A DNA stretch of 64,000 nt from an uncultured Verrucomicrobiota bacterium (GTDB taxonomy: Bacteria > Verrucomicrobiota > Verrucomicrobiia > CAZIPW01), in contig CAZIRU010000001.1 in the NCBI GenBank assembly GCA_964541905.1, positions 2,870-66,869 of the forward strand, given 5' to 3'. This document shows positions 42,723 to 52,492 of this stretch, piece by piece; positions within the stretch are counted from its first letter, which is position 1, and each line of letters begins with the position of its first letter. The notes beneath the pieces were generated by a model that did no database searches, was not told where the DNA came from, and worked only from the letters and a program-made list of their open reading frames with translations. A program made the position numbers and the translations under genes.

Positions 42723-43760
42723 GTGCGCAAATACTTTCTTAAACGCCTTTGCTTTATCCCCCTGACGCTCTTTGGGGTGACCCTGCTGGTCTTTGCGCTT
42801 ACGCGGATGGTCCCGGGAGGGCCTCTCGAACAAGCGCTTATGCAGGCGCAACTGGGGAATACCGAAGGTCGCGCAACGACCCGCACGGGAGTCGGTCAGG
42901 CGGCTCTTTCGGAAGAACAAATTGAGCAATTGCGGTCGTATTACGGACTGGACAAGCCGTGGTATGCCGCCTATGCAAGCTGGCTGGGGAAAATCACGCG
43001 GGGAGATCTGGGAGAGAGCACGCGCTACAATGAGCCAGTCGCCGGCCTCATTGCGGCCCGGCTGCCCATCTCGGCCTTTTACGGAATTTTGACGCTGCTT
43101 ATTACCTATGGGGTATGCGTGCCGCTGGGAGTCCTCAAAGCGATTAGGCACCGAAGCGCGCTAGACAAGGGGACCTCGGCAATTTTGCTTTTGGGGTATT
43201 CGTTGCCAAGTTACGTCATCGGGAGCCTGCTTGTGGTACTGTTGGCCACGCGCGGAGGGATGTTTCCTTCGGGAGGATTCGTCGGCCCTAACTTTGACGA
43301 GCTGAGCGCCTGGGGAAAGGTGGTTGATCTGGCGTGGCACGCCGTTTTGCCGATGAGTTGCTATCTGATGGGGGGGCTCGCGATGCTTACGATGGTCGTC
43401 AAAAACTCAACGATTGAGGTTTTGGCTGCCGACTTTATGCGCACCGCTGCGGCCAAAGGGATGCCCTCGCGCAAGGCGCTCTTCCGGCATGCGCTCCGAA
43501 ACGCGCTGATACCTCTGGCAACCAACTTCGGCCAAAACATCACGCTTTTTGTTTCGGGATCGTTTTTTATAGAGACGCTCTTCGACATTGATGGCTTTGG
43601 GCTTCTGGGCTACACGGCAACGCTTGAGCGCGACTATCCTGTCGTCATGGCGATCTTGCTTATTGGGGCACTGCTAATGCTTGTAGGAAATGTCATTTCT
43701 GACTTGCTGGTAGCGGCGGTCGATCCGCGCGTGAGCTTTGAAAGGAATGCGAATGGCTAG
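42723..43760 (+). CDS. Peptide/nickel-type ABC transporter permease (OppB/DppB/YejB-like)
   Basis: N-terminus YFLKRLCFIPLTLFGVTLLVFAL typical of OppB-family permeases; probable GTG start at 42723 (ORF track ATG 42654 lies in the AT-rich promoter region). Confidence 0.75.
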   Translation: MRKYFLKRLCFIPLTLFGVTLLVFALTRMVPGGPLEQALMQAQLGNTEGRATTRTGVGQAALSEEQIEQLRSYYGLDKPWYAAYASWLGKITRGDLGESTRYNEPVAGLIAARLPISAFYGILTLLITYGVCVPLGVLKAIRHRSALDKGTSAILLLGYSLPSYVIGSLLVVLLATRGGMFPSGGFVGPNFDELSAWGKVVDLAWHAVLPMSCYLMGGLAMLTMVVKNSTIEVLAADFMRTAAAKGMPSRKALFRHALRNALIPLATNFGQNITLFVSGSFFIETLFDIDGFGLLGYTATLERDYPVVMAILLIGALLMLVGNVISDLLVAAVDPRVSFERNANG

Positions 43761-44781
43761 CCGCTTTCGAGAGGTCTTTTGGAGGCAAGGGGGCGTGGCG
43801 TTTGTCCTCTGGGCCGCCATTACTGTTTTGTCGCTTTTTGCGGAACTGTGGATAGGCAATCGCGCACTTTTGGTGGGCTATCGCGGCAAGCTTTTCTTCC
43901 CGCTTTTGCAAGGGCAGCTTGCCGGGCGAAATTTTGGAGAGAATTACGATTATGAGGCGGACTATCGAAAGCTCGCGCAAAAGTTCTCCGAAGAAAAAAC
44001 AGGATTCGTCGTTTTGCCGCTCATCCCTTACAACCCCACCGAAAATGCGTTGCAAAGCTATCGACCCGATGGCTGGGCCCCCACGCCTCCCGACTTTGCG
44101 CATCGGACGCTTTTGGGAACAGATCCGCTGGGACGCGATATTTTTGCGCGGCTTGTTTACGGATACCGCAACGCGCTTGTTTTTGCGGCACTCTTTTTGG
44201 CGGGGCTTTTTGTCTTTGGGACGCTTTTGGGGATCACCTTCGGATATTATGGCGGCGCTTTTGATTTCCTGGGGCAGCGCCTCATTGAAATCTGGAGCAA
44301 TATCCCCTTTATATATGTGGTAATGATCGTGGCGTCGATCATCACGCCAAATCTTTTGTGGTTGGTCTTTATTTCGCTCCTGTTTGGTTGGACGGGCATC
44401 GCGGCTTTTGTGCGCACCCTCGCCTTTCGCGACAAAACCCGCGACTTTGTTCTGGCAGCGCGCGCGGCTGGTGCTTCGGATTGGCGGATTATCACGCGCC
44501 ACCTGTTGCCGCAGCTAATGACGATCCTCTTGACCTTTTTGCCGTTTCAGGCAGTCGGAGCCATCACCACCCTCACGTCGCTGGATTTTTTGGGCTTCGG
44601 TCTACGCCCGCCAGAGGCAAGCTGGGGGGAGCTTTTACGGACGGGTTCGGCCGCCCTGCACGCGCCGTGGATTGTCGTCTCGGTGACGGTTGCGATGGCT
44701 CTTATTCTTATTTTACTCACCCTTATCGGCAACGCCCTGCGCGAAGCTTTTGACCCCAAAGCCATCTTGAGATACAAGTAG
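43738..44781 (+). CDS. Peptide/nickel-type ABC transporter permease (OppC/DppC/YejE-like)
   Basis: Multi-TM permease; overlaps the upstream permease gene by 23 nt. Confidence 0.75.
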   Translation: MKGMRMASRFREVFWRQGGVAFVLWAAITVLSLFAELWIGNRALLVGYRGKLFFPLLQGQLAGRNFGENYDYEADYRKLAQKFSEEKTGFVVLPLIPYNPTENALQSYRPDGWAPTPPDFAHRTLLGTDPLGRDIFARLVYGYRNALVFAALFLAGLFVFGTLLGITFGYYGGAFDFLGQRLIEIWSNIPFIYVVMIVASIITPNLLWLVFISLLFGWTGIAAFVRTLAFRDKTRDFVLAARAAGASDWRIITRHLLPQLMTILLTFLPFQAVGAITTLTSLDFLGFGLRPPEASWGELLRTGSAALHAPWIVVSVTVAMALILILLTLIGNALREAFDPKAILRYK

Positions 44782-44784
44782 CCT

Positions 44785-46668
44785 ATGTGTTTTTTGTGCC
44801 CAGTCATTCTTGCCAGCGCCGCGCTTTTGGCGGGCTGTGCGCCGCAGATGGTTCAAGAACCCAATGACGCATTGGCAGAAGCGGAGGCGTATTATCAGGC
44901 GCATCCGGAGTTTTTTATTTTTGCCGCGCCCAAAGATCTGCCCAAAGATTTGCGTTGGCAGCGGGCCGAAGGCGTTGCTCCTTGGGCAGACTCGCGAGCG
45001 GTAGTCGGAGGAACGCTGCGCGATTTTATCGCCGACTTTCCCCGTACGCTGCGCGTGGTCGGCCCCGACTCCAACGGCAGTTTCCGCAGCGTCATTTTGG
45101 ATTCCAATGCGCTTTCGCTGCTTTCGCTCCACCCCAATGACCCGGAGGTGGCGCTACCTTCGCTCGCAAAAGAATGGGCGGTAAGTGACGATAAAACGAC
45201 GGTCTATTTTCGTTTGGACCCTGACGCGCGGTTTAGCGATGGGGAAGAAATCACCTCCGCCGATTATTTCTTTGCGTTTTTCTTTTTCCGGAGCCCGCAC
45301 ATCCATGACCCGTGGTATAACAACTTTTACGCGACGGAGTACAAGGCCATCACCCGCTACGATGATTTTACCATAGCCATCACGCTTCCGCGCGCACGCC
45401 CAGACTTCTTGGAAAAGGCCGGAGGGTTGCGGCCGATGCCGCGGCAATTTTACGCGGAGCTTGGCGACGACTATCCCAGCCGCTATCAATGGAAGTTTGA
45501 GCCCACCACCGGTCCCTACGAGGTTCGGCCTGCGGATTTGCGCAAAGGGCGCTCGGTCACGCTCCGGCGCGTCAAAAACTGGTGGGCAAATGAAAAGCCC
45601 TTCTTGGCTCATCGGTTCAATCCAGAAAACCTCATTTTTACCGTCGTCAGAGACCCCAACAAGGCATTTGAGCTTTTCTTGGCCGGGGAGATCGACATGT
45701 TCTTTTTGAACTTGCCCGAGTATTGGTATGATCGTGCGCCAAAGGCTCCCGCCGTCAAAGGCGGCTATATCCAGCGCGCAACGTTCTATAACGATCTGCC
45801 GCGCCCAACGTGGGGACTTTATCTTAACGTGGGGGACGCGCTTTTAAAAGACGTACACGTCAGGCGCGGTTTGGCTGCGGCGCTCAACTGGGAACGCGTC
45901 CTGTCGTTTTTCTTTCGTGGGGATTATGAACGGCTACCCGGCTACGCGCAGGGCTATGGCAAATTCACCAATTCCCACATCCAACCGCAAAATTTCAACT
46001 TGGAGCTGGCAGCAAAAGAATTTGCGCTCGCGGGCTTTGCGCAACGCGGAAACGACGGGATTTTGCGAAGCGCGGACGGCTCGCGGCTTTCAATCACGCT
46101 CACCGCGAGCGAAGGACCCTTAAGCGGCGCGCTCATGATTTTGAAAGAGGAGGCGCTCAAGGCGGGCGTGGAACTCAATCTTGAAATCCTCGACCCCACG
46201 ACCGCGTTCAAGAAAACCAGCGAGAAAAAACATCAGGCGGCCTTCATGGGATTTGCCGTCTCGGCCGAGCGCTTCCCGCGTTATTGGGAGATGTTTCACG
46301 GCGTGAACGCCAAGCCTCAAACAAACAATTTATGCAATCTCGACGATGCGGAAATTAACGCCCTCATCGAACGCTACGACACCTCCACGGACGAAGAGGA
46401 AATCCGGAAAATCTCATGGGAGCTGCAAGAACGCCTTGACGCGCAGAGCTGTTTTATCCCCGCCTTTATGCGGACGAATTATCGTATGGGCTTTTGGCGC
46501 TGGGTGCGCTTTCCGGAAGGCTTTGACGTCAAGACGGGTCTGGGAGCTTCGGATCTGCTGTGGCTGGACGAAGCCGCTCAAGAAGAGACGTTCCGCGCAC
46601 GCAACGAGGGCCGGACTTTTGAAAACACTCCCCTTATTTTTGACCAATGGAAAAACTCCTCGAAATAG
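44785..46668 (+). CDS. ABC transporter substrate-binding lipoprotein, family 5 (YejA/OppA-like)
   Basis: Lipoprotein signal MCFLCPVILASAALLAGC; large (627 aa) solute-binding protein within the permease/ATPase operon. Confidence 0.7.
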   Translation: MCFLCPVILASAALLAGCAPQMVQEPNDALAEAEAYYQAHPEFFIFAAPKDLPKDLRWQRAEGVAPWADSRAVVGGTLRDFIADFPRTLRVVGPDSNGSFRSVILDSNALSLLSLHPNDPEVALPSLAKEWAVSDDKTTVYFRLDPDARFSDGEEITSADYFFAFFFFRSPHIHDPWYNNFYATEYKAITRYDDFTIAITLPRARPDFLEKAGGLRPMPRQFYAELGDDYPSRYQWKFEPTTGPYEVRPADLRKGRSVTLRRVKNWWANEKPFLAHRFNPENLIFTVVRDPNKAFELFLAGEIDMFFLNLPEYWYDRAPKAPAVKGGYIQRATFYNDLPRPTWGLYLNVGDALLKDVHVRRGLAAALNWERVLSFFFRGDYERLPGYAQGYGKFTNSHIQPQNFNLELAAKEFALAGFAQRGNDGILRSADGSRLSITLTASEGPLSGALMILKEEALKAGVELNLEILDPTTAFKKTSEKKHQAAFMGFAVSAERFPRYWEMFHGVNAKPQTNNLCNLDDAEINALIERYDTSTDEEEIRKISWELQERLDAQSCFIPAFMRTNYRMGFWRWVRFPEGFDVKTGLGASDLLWLDEAAQEETFRARNEGRTFENTPLIFDQWKNSSK

Positions 46669-47636
46669 AAAACCTCTCGGTCGGCTTTGAGACGCCGCGC
46701 GGGATGATGCGCGCCGTCGAGGGCGTTTCGCTGCAAATAGGACAGGGCGAAACGGTCGGGCTTGTGGGCGAGAGCGGTTGCGGCAAAAGCGCGACGGCGT
46801 TTTCGGTCTTGCGGTTGCTACCGCAGCCGATCGGAAATATTTTAAGCGGGGAAATCCGGCTGTGGGATAAAACGCAACCGCGCGACCTTTTAAAGATGGC
46901 AGAAAAACAACTCTGCGGCGTCAGAGGCAAGGAGATCTCAATGATCTTTCAGGAGCCTATGAGCGCACTCAATCCCGTCATGCGCATTGGCGAACAAGTC
47001 GCCGAGCCACTACTGCTGCACGAAAAGATTTCAAAAAAAGCCGCGCTTGAAAAAGCAGAGCGAATGCTCGAACGGGTGGGAATCGCCAACGCAAATAAAC
47101 GGTTGCGCGACTATCCGCATGAGCTCTCCGGAGGTCAACGCCAGCGCGTACTCATCGCCATGGCACTCATTTGCCATCCGCGGCTTGTCATTGCCGACGA
47201 ACCTACGACCGCGCTTGACGCGACCCTACAAACGCAAATCTTGGAGCTGCTCGCGCAACTTCAGCGCGAGGAGGGTTGCGCAATTTTATTCATCACGCAC
47301 GATTTGGGATTGGTTAGAAAATTTTGCGAGCGCACCTATGTGATGTATGCAGGGCAGATCGTCGAAGAAGGCACAACACATGCGCTTTTCGGATCGCCGC
47401 AACATCCTTACACGCGAGCGCTTTTAGCCGCGCGTCCCAGCGAACGCAATGCCCCAAAAACGCTTCTGCCAACGCTTCCCGGACGACTGCCAACCTTTTG
47501 GGAACTCACCTCAGGCTGTCGTTTTGCACCCAGATGTGTATTTGCAAAGGTAGCGTGTCAGGCCCCGCAAATGTTGCAAAACTGCGTTCGATGCTGCCGC
47601 AGCGACGATCTTGAGGAGAACGGAGGGCTTAAGTGA
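46647..47636 (+). CDS. ABC transporter ATP-binding protein (OppD/DppD-like)
   Basis: Walker A GESGCGKS, signature [15 protein letters not shown], Walker [12 protein letters not shown]. Confidence 0.85.
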   Translation: MEKLLEIENLSVGFETPRGMMRAVEGVSLQIGQGETVGLVGESGCGKSATAFSVLRLLPQPIGNILSGEIRLWDKTQPRDLLKMAEKQLCGVRGKEISMIFQEPMSALNPVMRIGEQVAEPLLLHEKISKKAALEKAERMLERVGIANANKRLRDYPHELSGGQRQRVLIAMALICHPRLVIADEPTTALDATLQTQILELLAQLQREEGCAILFITHDLGLVRKFCERTYVMYAGQIVEEGTTHALFGSPQHPYTRALLAARPSERNAPKTLLPTLPGRLPTFWELTSGCRFAPRCVFAKVACQAPQMLQNCVRCCRSDDLEENGGLK

Positions 47637-48409
47637 AAACACTTTTGAAAGTCGAAAATCTTTCGGTGGATTATGCCGGCAAGGGTGGTTTTCTTTCTGC
47701 GGCGGCGCAGCCTTTCCGCGCGCTCAAGAACGTCAGTTTGGAAATCGGAGAAGGCGAGACGCTGGGGCTTGTCGGTGAGAGCGGCTGCGGCAAATCCACG
47801 CTGGCCAAGGCCATTTTACGGCTTTTGGAGCCAACGGAGGGTCGAATCGTTTTTGACGGGACAGATATCACGGCATTGCGCGGAGCAAAACTGCGGCCCT
47901 ATCGGCGCGAGGTGCAGATGATTTTTCAGGATCCCGCCGACTCGCTCGACCCCAAACATACCCTCGCCCAAATTCTTGCCGAACCGCTCGAAATTCACCG
48001 CCTTGGCAATCGCGCCGCGCGCATAGGCGAACTTATGGAACGTGTGGGACTGCCACAGGAATTCCTCGCGCGCTACCCGCACGAGCTCTCCGGCGGGCAA
48101 CGCCAGCGCGTGGGAATAGCACGCGCGTTGGCGCTTGCGCCGCGGCTTATCATTTGTGATGAACCCGTTTCGGCGCTCGACCTTTCCATCCAAGGGCAAA
48201 TCATCAATCTGCTCCTTTCTCTTCAAAAAGAGTTGCGCTTGAGCTTTCTTTTTATTTCGCACGATTTGAGGCTTGTGCGACATTTTAGTGATCGCATGGC
48301 CGTTCTTTATAACGGCGAACGAGTCGAATATGGCGAGGCCGAAGCAATCTATAGCCATCCGCAACACCCCTATACCCAGCGGCTTCTGGAAAATTTGATG
48401 CTCTCTTAG
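47633..48409 (+). CDS. ABC transporter ATP-binding protein (OppF/DppF-like)
   Basis: Walker [15 protein letters not shown], signature [15 protein letters not shown], Walker [12 protein letters not shown]. Confidence 0.85.
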   Translation: MKTLLKVENLSVDYAGKGGFLSAAAQPFRALKNVSLEIGEGETLGLVGESGCGKSTLAKAILRLLEPTEGRIVFDGTDITALRGAKLRPYRREVQMIFQDPADSLDPKHTLAQILAEPLEIHRLGNRAARIGELMERVGLPQEFLARYPHELSGGQRQRVGIARALALAPRLIICDEPVSALDLSIQGQIINLLLSLQKELRLSFLFISHDLRLVRHFSDRMAVLYNGERVEYGEAEAIYSHPQHPYTQRLLENLMLS

Positions 48410-48460
48410 GACCGAGCCAAATCTCTTGCAAAAAGCTCGGCCGCATCTTAACCTCAGCGC

Positions 48461-49456
48461 ATGTCGCGACGCATTTTGGTAGTTGGAGGAGCTGGATACA
48501 TCGGCTCGCACATGGTACGCAGACTTGTTGCCGCCGGCGAAGAAACAGTCGTGCTCGACAACCTAAGCAATGGGCATCGAGCCGCGGTCGCAAAGGAAGC
48601 GCGCTTTTATGAAGGCGACTTGGGAAATCGCGAATGGGTCGCCAAACTTTTGAAGGCCGAAGGCATTACGGACGTCATGCACTTTGCCTCCTACATCAGC
48701 GTAGGCGAATCGGTCGGCGAGCCGCTCAAGTATTACGACAATAACGTCGGCAACACCATCCGGCTACTGCTGGCGATGCGCGACGCGGGGGTGACGCGTT
48801 TCGTTTTTTCCTCGACGGCGGCCACCTACGGCAATCCTCAAAAGACGCCCATCGCCGAAGATCACCCACAAGCCCCCATCAATCCTTACGGCGAAACAAA
48901 GCTCGTTATCGAAAATCTCCTGCGCGACATGGCGGCACAAAAACAAATCTCCTACGCGGCGCTCCGCTACTTCAACGCCTCGGGAGCCTCCTCGGATGCA
49001 ACGATTGGCGAAGATCATCGTCCCGAAAGCCACTTGATCCCCCTTCTTTTGCAGGTGGCGCTCGGACAACGCGAAAACAATCCCATCTTCGGCGACGACT
49101 ATCCCACGCCCGATGGCACCTGTTTGCGTGACTATATCCATGTGGAGGACCTTGCGGAGGCGCATTTGCGCGCGCTCAATCTTTTGAGAGAACCTGGGAC
49201 GCGCCTTGAGCTTAACTTGAGCACAGGGAAGCCCTCTTCCGTCAAAGAAATCGTGGAGGTTTGTCGGAAGATAACCGGCCACTCGATTCCGATCGTCGTG
49301 CACCCGCGACGCGCCGGCGATCCGGCGATTTTGACCGCAGACGTCTCCAAGGCTAAAACAATCCTAGGGTGGGAGCCCCAGCATGAGAAGCTTGAGGAGA
49401 TTGTTTCGAGCGCGTGGGCCTGGCATAAAAGCCACCCGAAGGGGTATAAAAAATGA
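48461..49456 (+). CDS. galE: UDP-glucose 4-epimerase
   Basis: N-terminal Rossmann VVGGAGYIGSHMV, catalytic YxxxK (YGETKLVIE), overall GalE layout. Confidence 0.9.
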   Translation: MSRRILVVGGAGYIGSHMVRRLVAAGEETVVLDNLSNGHRAAVAKEARFYEGDLGNREWVAKLLKAEGITDVMHFASYISVGESVGEPLKYYDNNVGNTIRLLLAMRDAGVTRFVFSSTAATYGNPQKTPIAEDHPQAPINPYGETKLVIENLLRDMAAQKQISYAALRYFNASGASSDATIGEDHRPESHLIPLLLQVALGQRENNPIFGDDYPTPDGTCLRDYIHVEDLAEAHLRALNLLREPGTRLELNLSTGKPSSVKEIVEVCRKITGHSIPIVVHPRRAGDPAILTADVSKAKTILGWEPQHEKLEEIVSSAWAWHKSHPKGYKK

Positions 49457-49899
49457 AAATTCAAGCCACAATTAACCGTGTTTATGCCGACTGGTTCGCC
49501 GTTGAAATTCCGAACCAGGCTGTTTCCGCTTCGCTGGAAGTTTTTCGCAAAAACGTTCCTAATGCGGAGAAGCTCATCTCACAGAAGATCAAGCGCGACA
49601 AGAGCAAAATTCATCATCTGACGGTCATAGCTCCTCCGGAACTGAAACATTTAAAAGCGCGCCGGCAACTTCCTTCTCCAAACACTTATCAAAATAGGCT
49701 TTTCGAAATAGAAATGCTTGGAATCGGTTACGCCCGTTCCTTTTTCGCAAAAACCTATTTTATTGTCTGTGCCTCCGAAATGCTCCAAGCTTTCCGCAAG
49801 AAACTGGGCCTTTCTGAGGCGACCTTTCACATTACATTAGGTTTTTATCCACACGACATCTACAACGTTGCCAAATCAAAAGTTCTTTGGCCCTCGTAG
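49453..49899 (+). CDS. Hypothetical protein with two H-x-T-x motifs (2H phosphoesterase-like)
   Basis: Motifs HLTV (about aa 54) and HITL (about aa 127), spaced as in the LigT/CPDase 2H superfamily; lower GC than neighbours; start overlaps galE stop (ATGA). Confidence 0.35.
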   Translation: MKIQATINRVYADWFAVEIPNQAVSASLEVFRKNVPNAEKLISQKIKRDKSKIHHLTVIAPPELKHLKARRQLPSPNTYQNRLFEIEMLGIGYARSFFAKTYFIVCASEMLQAFRKKLGLSEATFHITLGFYPHDIYNVAKSKVLWPS

Positions 49900-50637
49900 C
49901 TACGCCACTCTTTCGCCAATCGGATCAACGACCTCGACAGGCATCCCCAAGGCTGCATAGCGCGCCTGAAGCGCTTCGGCATCATTGCATTGACGGCTGA
50001 GGTGCGCCAGATGAATTTGCCGCCAATTCGGATTGCGTTCCGTCGTCAAAAACTCAAATGCCTCGTCATTGGAAAGATGGCCGTGCCGGCCCTTGATGCG
50101 CTGCTTGAGAAAAAACGGGCGCTTGGTATCGGCCTCGAGCATCTCGGGGGAATAGTTGGACTCCAAAACCAAAATGGTCGCGCTACGCAAAACGGCCTTG
50201 ATGGGTGCGCTCAAGTGGCCCAAGTCGAGCGCCCAGACAAGCCGCTCGGCCCCGTCATCGAGCGAAAAGCCGACCGGATCGGTGGCATCGTGCGGGATTG
50301 GGAAGCTCTCTGCCGAAAGCCCCTCGACCTTAAAACTCATGGGAGCCTCGATGAGCTTCCAATTGAGCCCTTTCGACTTCGCCGCGGCCAGCGCTGTTCC
50401 GCGCGTAGCGTAGATGGGCGTATTCAGAGCGGCAAAACCGCTAAGTCCCGAAACATGGTCGGCGTGCTCGTGGGTAACAAAAATCGCCGCGATATCACGA
50501 GGGGAAAGGCCCTCCGCCTCAAGAGAAAGCGAGATTTTTCGGAAAGAAAGCCCGGCATCGAACAAAAAGCGCGCAGAACCCGCTTCGACCAATGCGCAAT
50601 TTCCCGTCGAAGAGCTGGCCAAAAATTTTACGCGCAT
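49900..50637 (-). CDS. MBL-fold metallo-hydrolase
   Basis: Metal-binding motif VTHEHADHVSGL and downstream His/Asp residues. Confidence 0.75.
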   Translation of the reverse strand: MRVKFLASSSTGNCALVEAGSARFLFDAGLSFRKISLSLEAEGLSPRDIAAIFVTHEHADHVSGLSGFAALNTPIYATRGTALAAAKSKGLNWKLIEAPMSFKVEGLSAESFPIPHDATDPVGFSLDDGAERLVWALDLGHLSAPIKAVLRSATILVLESNYSPEMLEADTKRPFFLKQRIKGRHGHLSNDEAFEFLTTERNPNWRQIHLAHLSRQCNDAEALQARYAALGMPVEVVDPIGERVA

Positions 50638-50685
50638 GCAGGAGAGCCTAAAGAACGCATCCAGACTTGTCGATTTTTAAATTTT

Positions 50686-51963
50686 TTACGCGCGCGGCAA
50701 ATGCTCCCAGCCCTTCCAGCTTTTTACAAATTCCTCCAGCACCACCACTGAACGCGCAGGCCCGTCCTCGCCGCGGACGCGTGGCATAAGGCCCTCGGCG
50801 GCGAGTTTATATTTTGGCGACTCTTCCAGCTCGCGAACGGCATCCGGAAGCCTTTCGGGCCAACGCGTTTTAGGAATTTTGACTCCCACCCCCAAACGAC
50901 GCACCTCGGAAGCAAAGAAAGGCTGATCGGCAAAGTGCGGAACGACAATGTGCGGCTTGCCGGCAAACATGACGCTAGCCGTCGTTCCTGCTCCGCCGTG
51001 GTGAATGACGCATGAAGCAAACTTGAAAAGCTGGTCGTGCGAAACCTTGCCCACAATTTTGATCTCCGGACGCACTTCGGGAAGCGTAAGTCCCGCCCAG
51101 CCGCTTTGAAGAATGAACTTTTTACCGACCGGCCAATGTTTAACAAAACGCCGCATCACCTGCTCAACCTTCCCAAAGCTCACCGAGCCAAAGGTCAAAA
51201 CAGGCACCTGTTCGCCGCCGCAAAAAACCGTCAGTTCTTTTTCCATCTCTGCGCTCTCAGCCGCCTGCCAGCGCAGGTATCCCGTAAAATGATAGCGCGG
51301 GTCTTCGATGCCGCGACGATCCCTAAGCACCTTTGAAACCGCAACGATGCCCAGAGGGGCCGGATCGGTAATCCAGCCTTTGAATGGAGGCAAGTGGCGC
51401 TGCTCGAGAAAAGGCGCTAGGGCGTTATTGACAATGCTATCGATCAAGTCGTTGGTGGCGGCCCAAGTGCGACGATTGTAGGCCTGTTTGAGGTGGGCCG
51501 GAATGCCGCGTGGCGCCGGAGGAAAGCCCTCCATCGGGAAAAGCTTGGTGGGAATAAAGTTATGGCAAAAGTAAAAGACCGCGAACGGTTTGTTTTGCTC
51601 TCTAGCGATAGCGCCAAAAGAGGGAAACATGTAGGACGTCACCATGGCATCACAGCCCTTGAGCGCTTCGCTAAGCCGATCGAACATCTCACCCAAGAAG
51701 GGCACCGCGGCCTTGTAAAGATTCCTTAACTGCAAGACCGGCAAGGGTGTGCGCCCCTGCTTGGCCATAAAATCCGAAAATTCTTCCTGGCTCCAGTAGG
51801 GCGGCACCGAATAAAACGCCAAGCCCGCTTTCTTAACCTCCGCCTCATAAAGCGGAGGCGTTGCGAAAATCACCTGATGACCGTGTTCCATAAGAGCACG
51901 CCCATAGGCAATGATGGGATACACATCCCCCGTGGAACCAAAAGCCGTCAGAAGAACTTTCAT
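50686..51963 (-). CDS. Glycosyltransferase family 1 (MGT/UDP-glycosyltransferase-like)
   Basis: Donor-binding region HHGGAGTTASVMFAGKPHIVVPHFADQPF; N-terminus MKVLLTAFGSTGDVYP. Confidence 0.7.
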   Translation of the reverse strand: MKVLLTAFGSTGDVYPIIAYGRALMEHGHQVIFATPPLYEAEVKKAGLAFYSVPPYWSQEEFSDFMAKQGRTPLPVLQLRNLYKAAVPFLGEMFDRLSEALKGCDAMVTSYMFPSFGAIAREQNKPFAVFYFCHNFIPTKLFPMEGFPPAPRGIPAHLKQAYNRRTWAATNDLIDSIVNNALAPFLEQRHLPPFKGWITDPAPLGIVAVSKVLRDRRGIEDPRYHFTGYLRWQAAESAEMEKELTVFCGGEQVPVLTFGSVSFGKVEQVMRRFVKHWPVGKKFILQSGWAGLTLPEVRPEIKIVGKVSHDQLFKFASCVIHHGGAGTTASVMFAGKPHIVVPHFADQPFFASEVRRLGVGVKIPKTRWPERLPDAVRELEESPKYKLAAEGLMPRVRGEDGPARSVVVLEEFVKSWKGWEHLPRA

Positions 51964-51967
51964 AAGT

Positions 51968-52471
51968 CTAGTTTAACACCTTTTTTGCATCGTCAAACCT
52001 TATTTTTTGACCGACGAGGATCCCCTTTCCCCTAAAGTCGCCGGACGGGAGCTCCAAGGCATAAATCACGGTTCGATAGCGCGAGACAATTGGCGTTTCG
52101 TCAAAAGGCTTCATCCGATGGATTTCGCGCAAAACGCCCGCCTGATCGAAAAAGCCCACCTCAAGCTCAAGAGGAGTGTTTTTCATCCAAAAGCTCGCCC
52201 TTTGCGGCTTGGGTAATACAAAAAGCATCCCATCAAAAGGAGCGACCGTTTGGCGCTGCATAAGCCCCCGCTCCAGTTGGGGCATCGTCCGCGCAACCTC
52301 TACAAAAAGTTCTTTATCGCCAACATGAATGCGAGCCTGCTCGAAGGAAATAGCTCCGGCATGCGGCTCGGAGGAGGGCTGCAGGTAATCGGACATGGGC
52401 GGCTTGGGTGTCTCTGCGCGCAAAAAAGCCGCGCAAGCCCCCAAGAGAAAAACCGTTGTAACAAAGCGCAT
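51968..52471 (-). CDS. Secreted DUF192-like protein
   Basis: Signal peptide plus motifs FDGMLFVLP and FWMKNTPLELEVGFFD typical of DUF192. Confidence 0.5.
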   Translation of the reverse strand: MRFVTTVFLLGACAAFLRAETPKPPMSDYLQPSSEPHAGAISFEQARIHVGDKELFVEVARTMPQLERGLMQRQTVAPFDGMLFVLPKPQRASFWMKNTPLELEVGFFDQAGVLREIHRMKPFDETPIVSRYRTVIYALELPSGDFRGKGILVGQKIRFDDAKKVLN

Positions 52472-52492
52472 ACGGAGAGTATAAATAACTGT

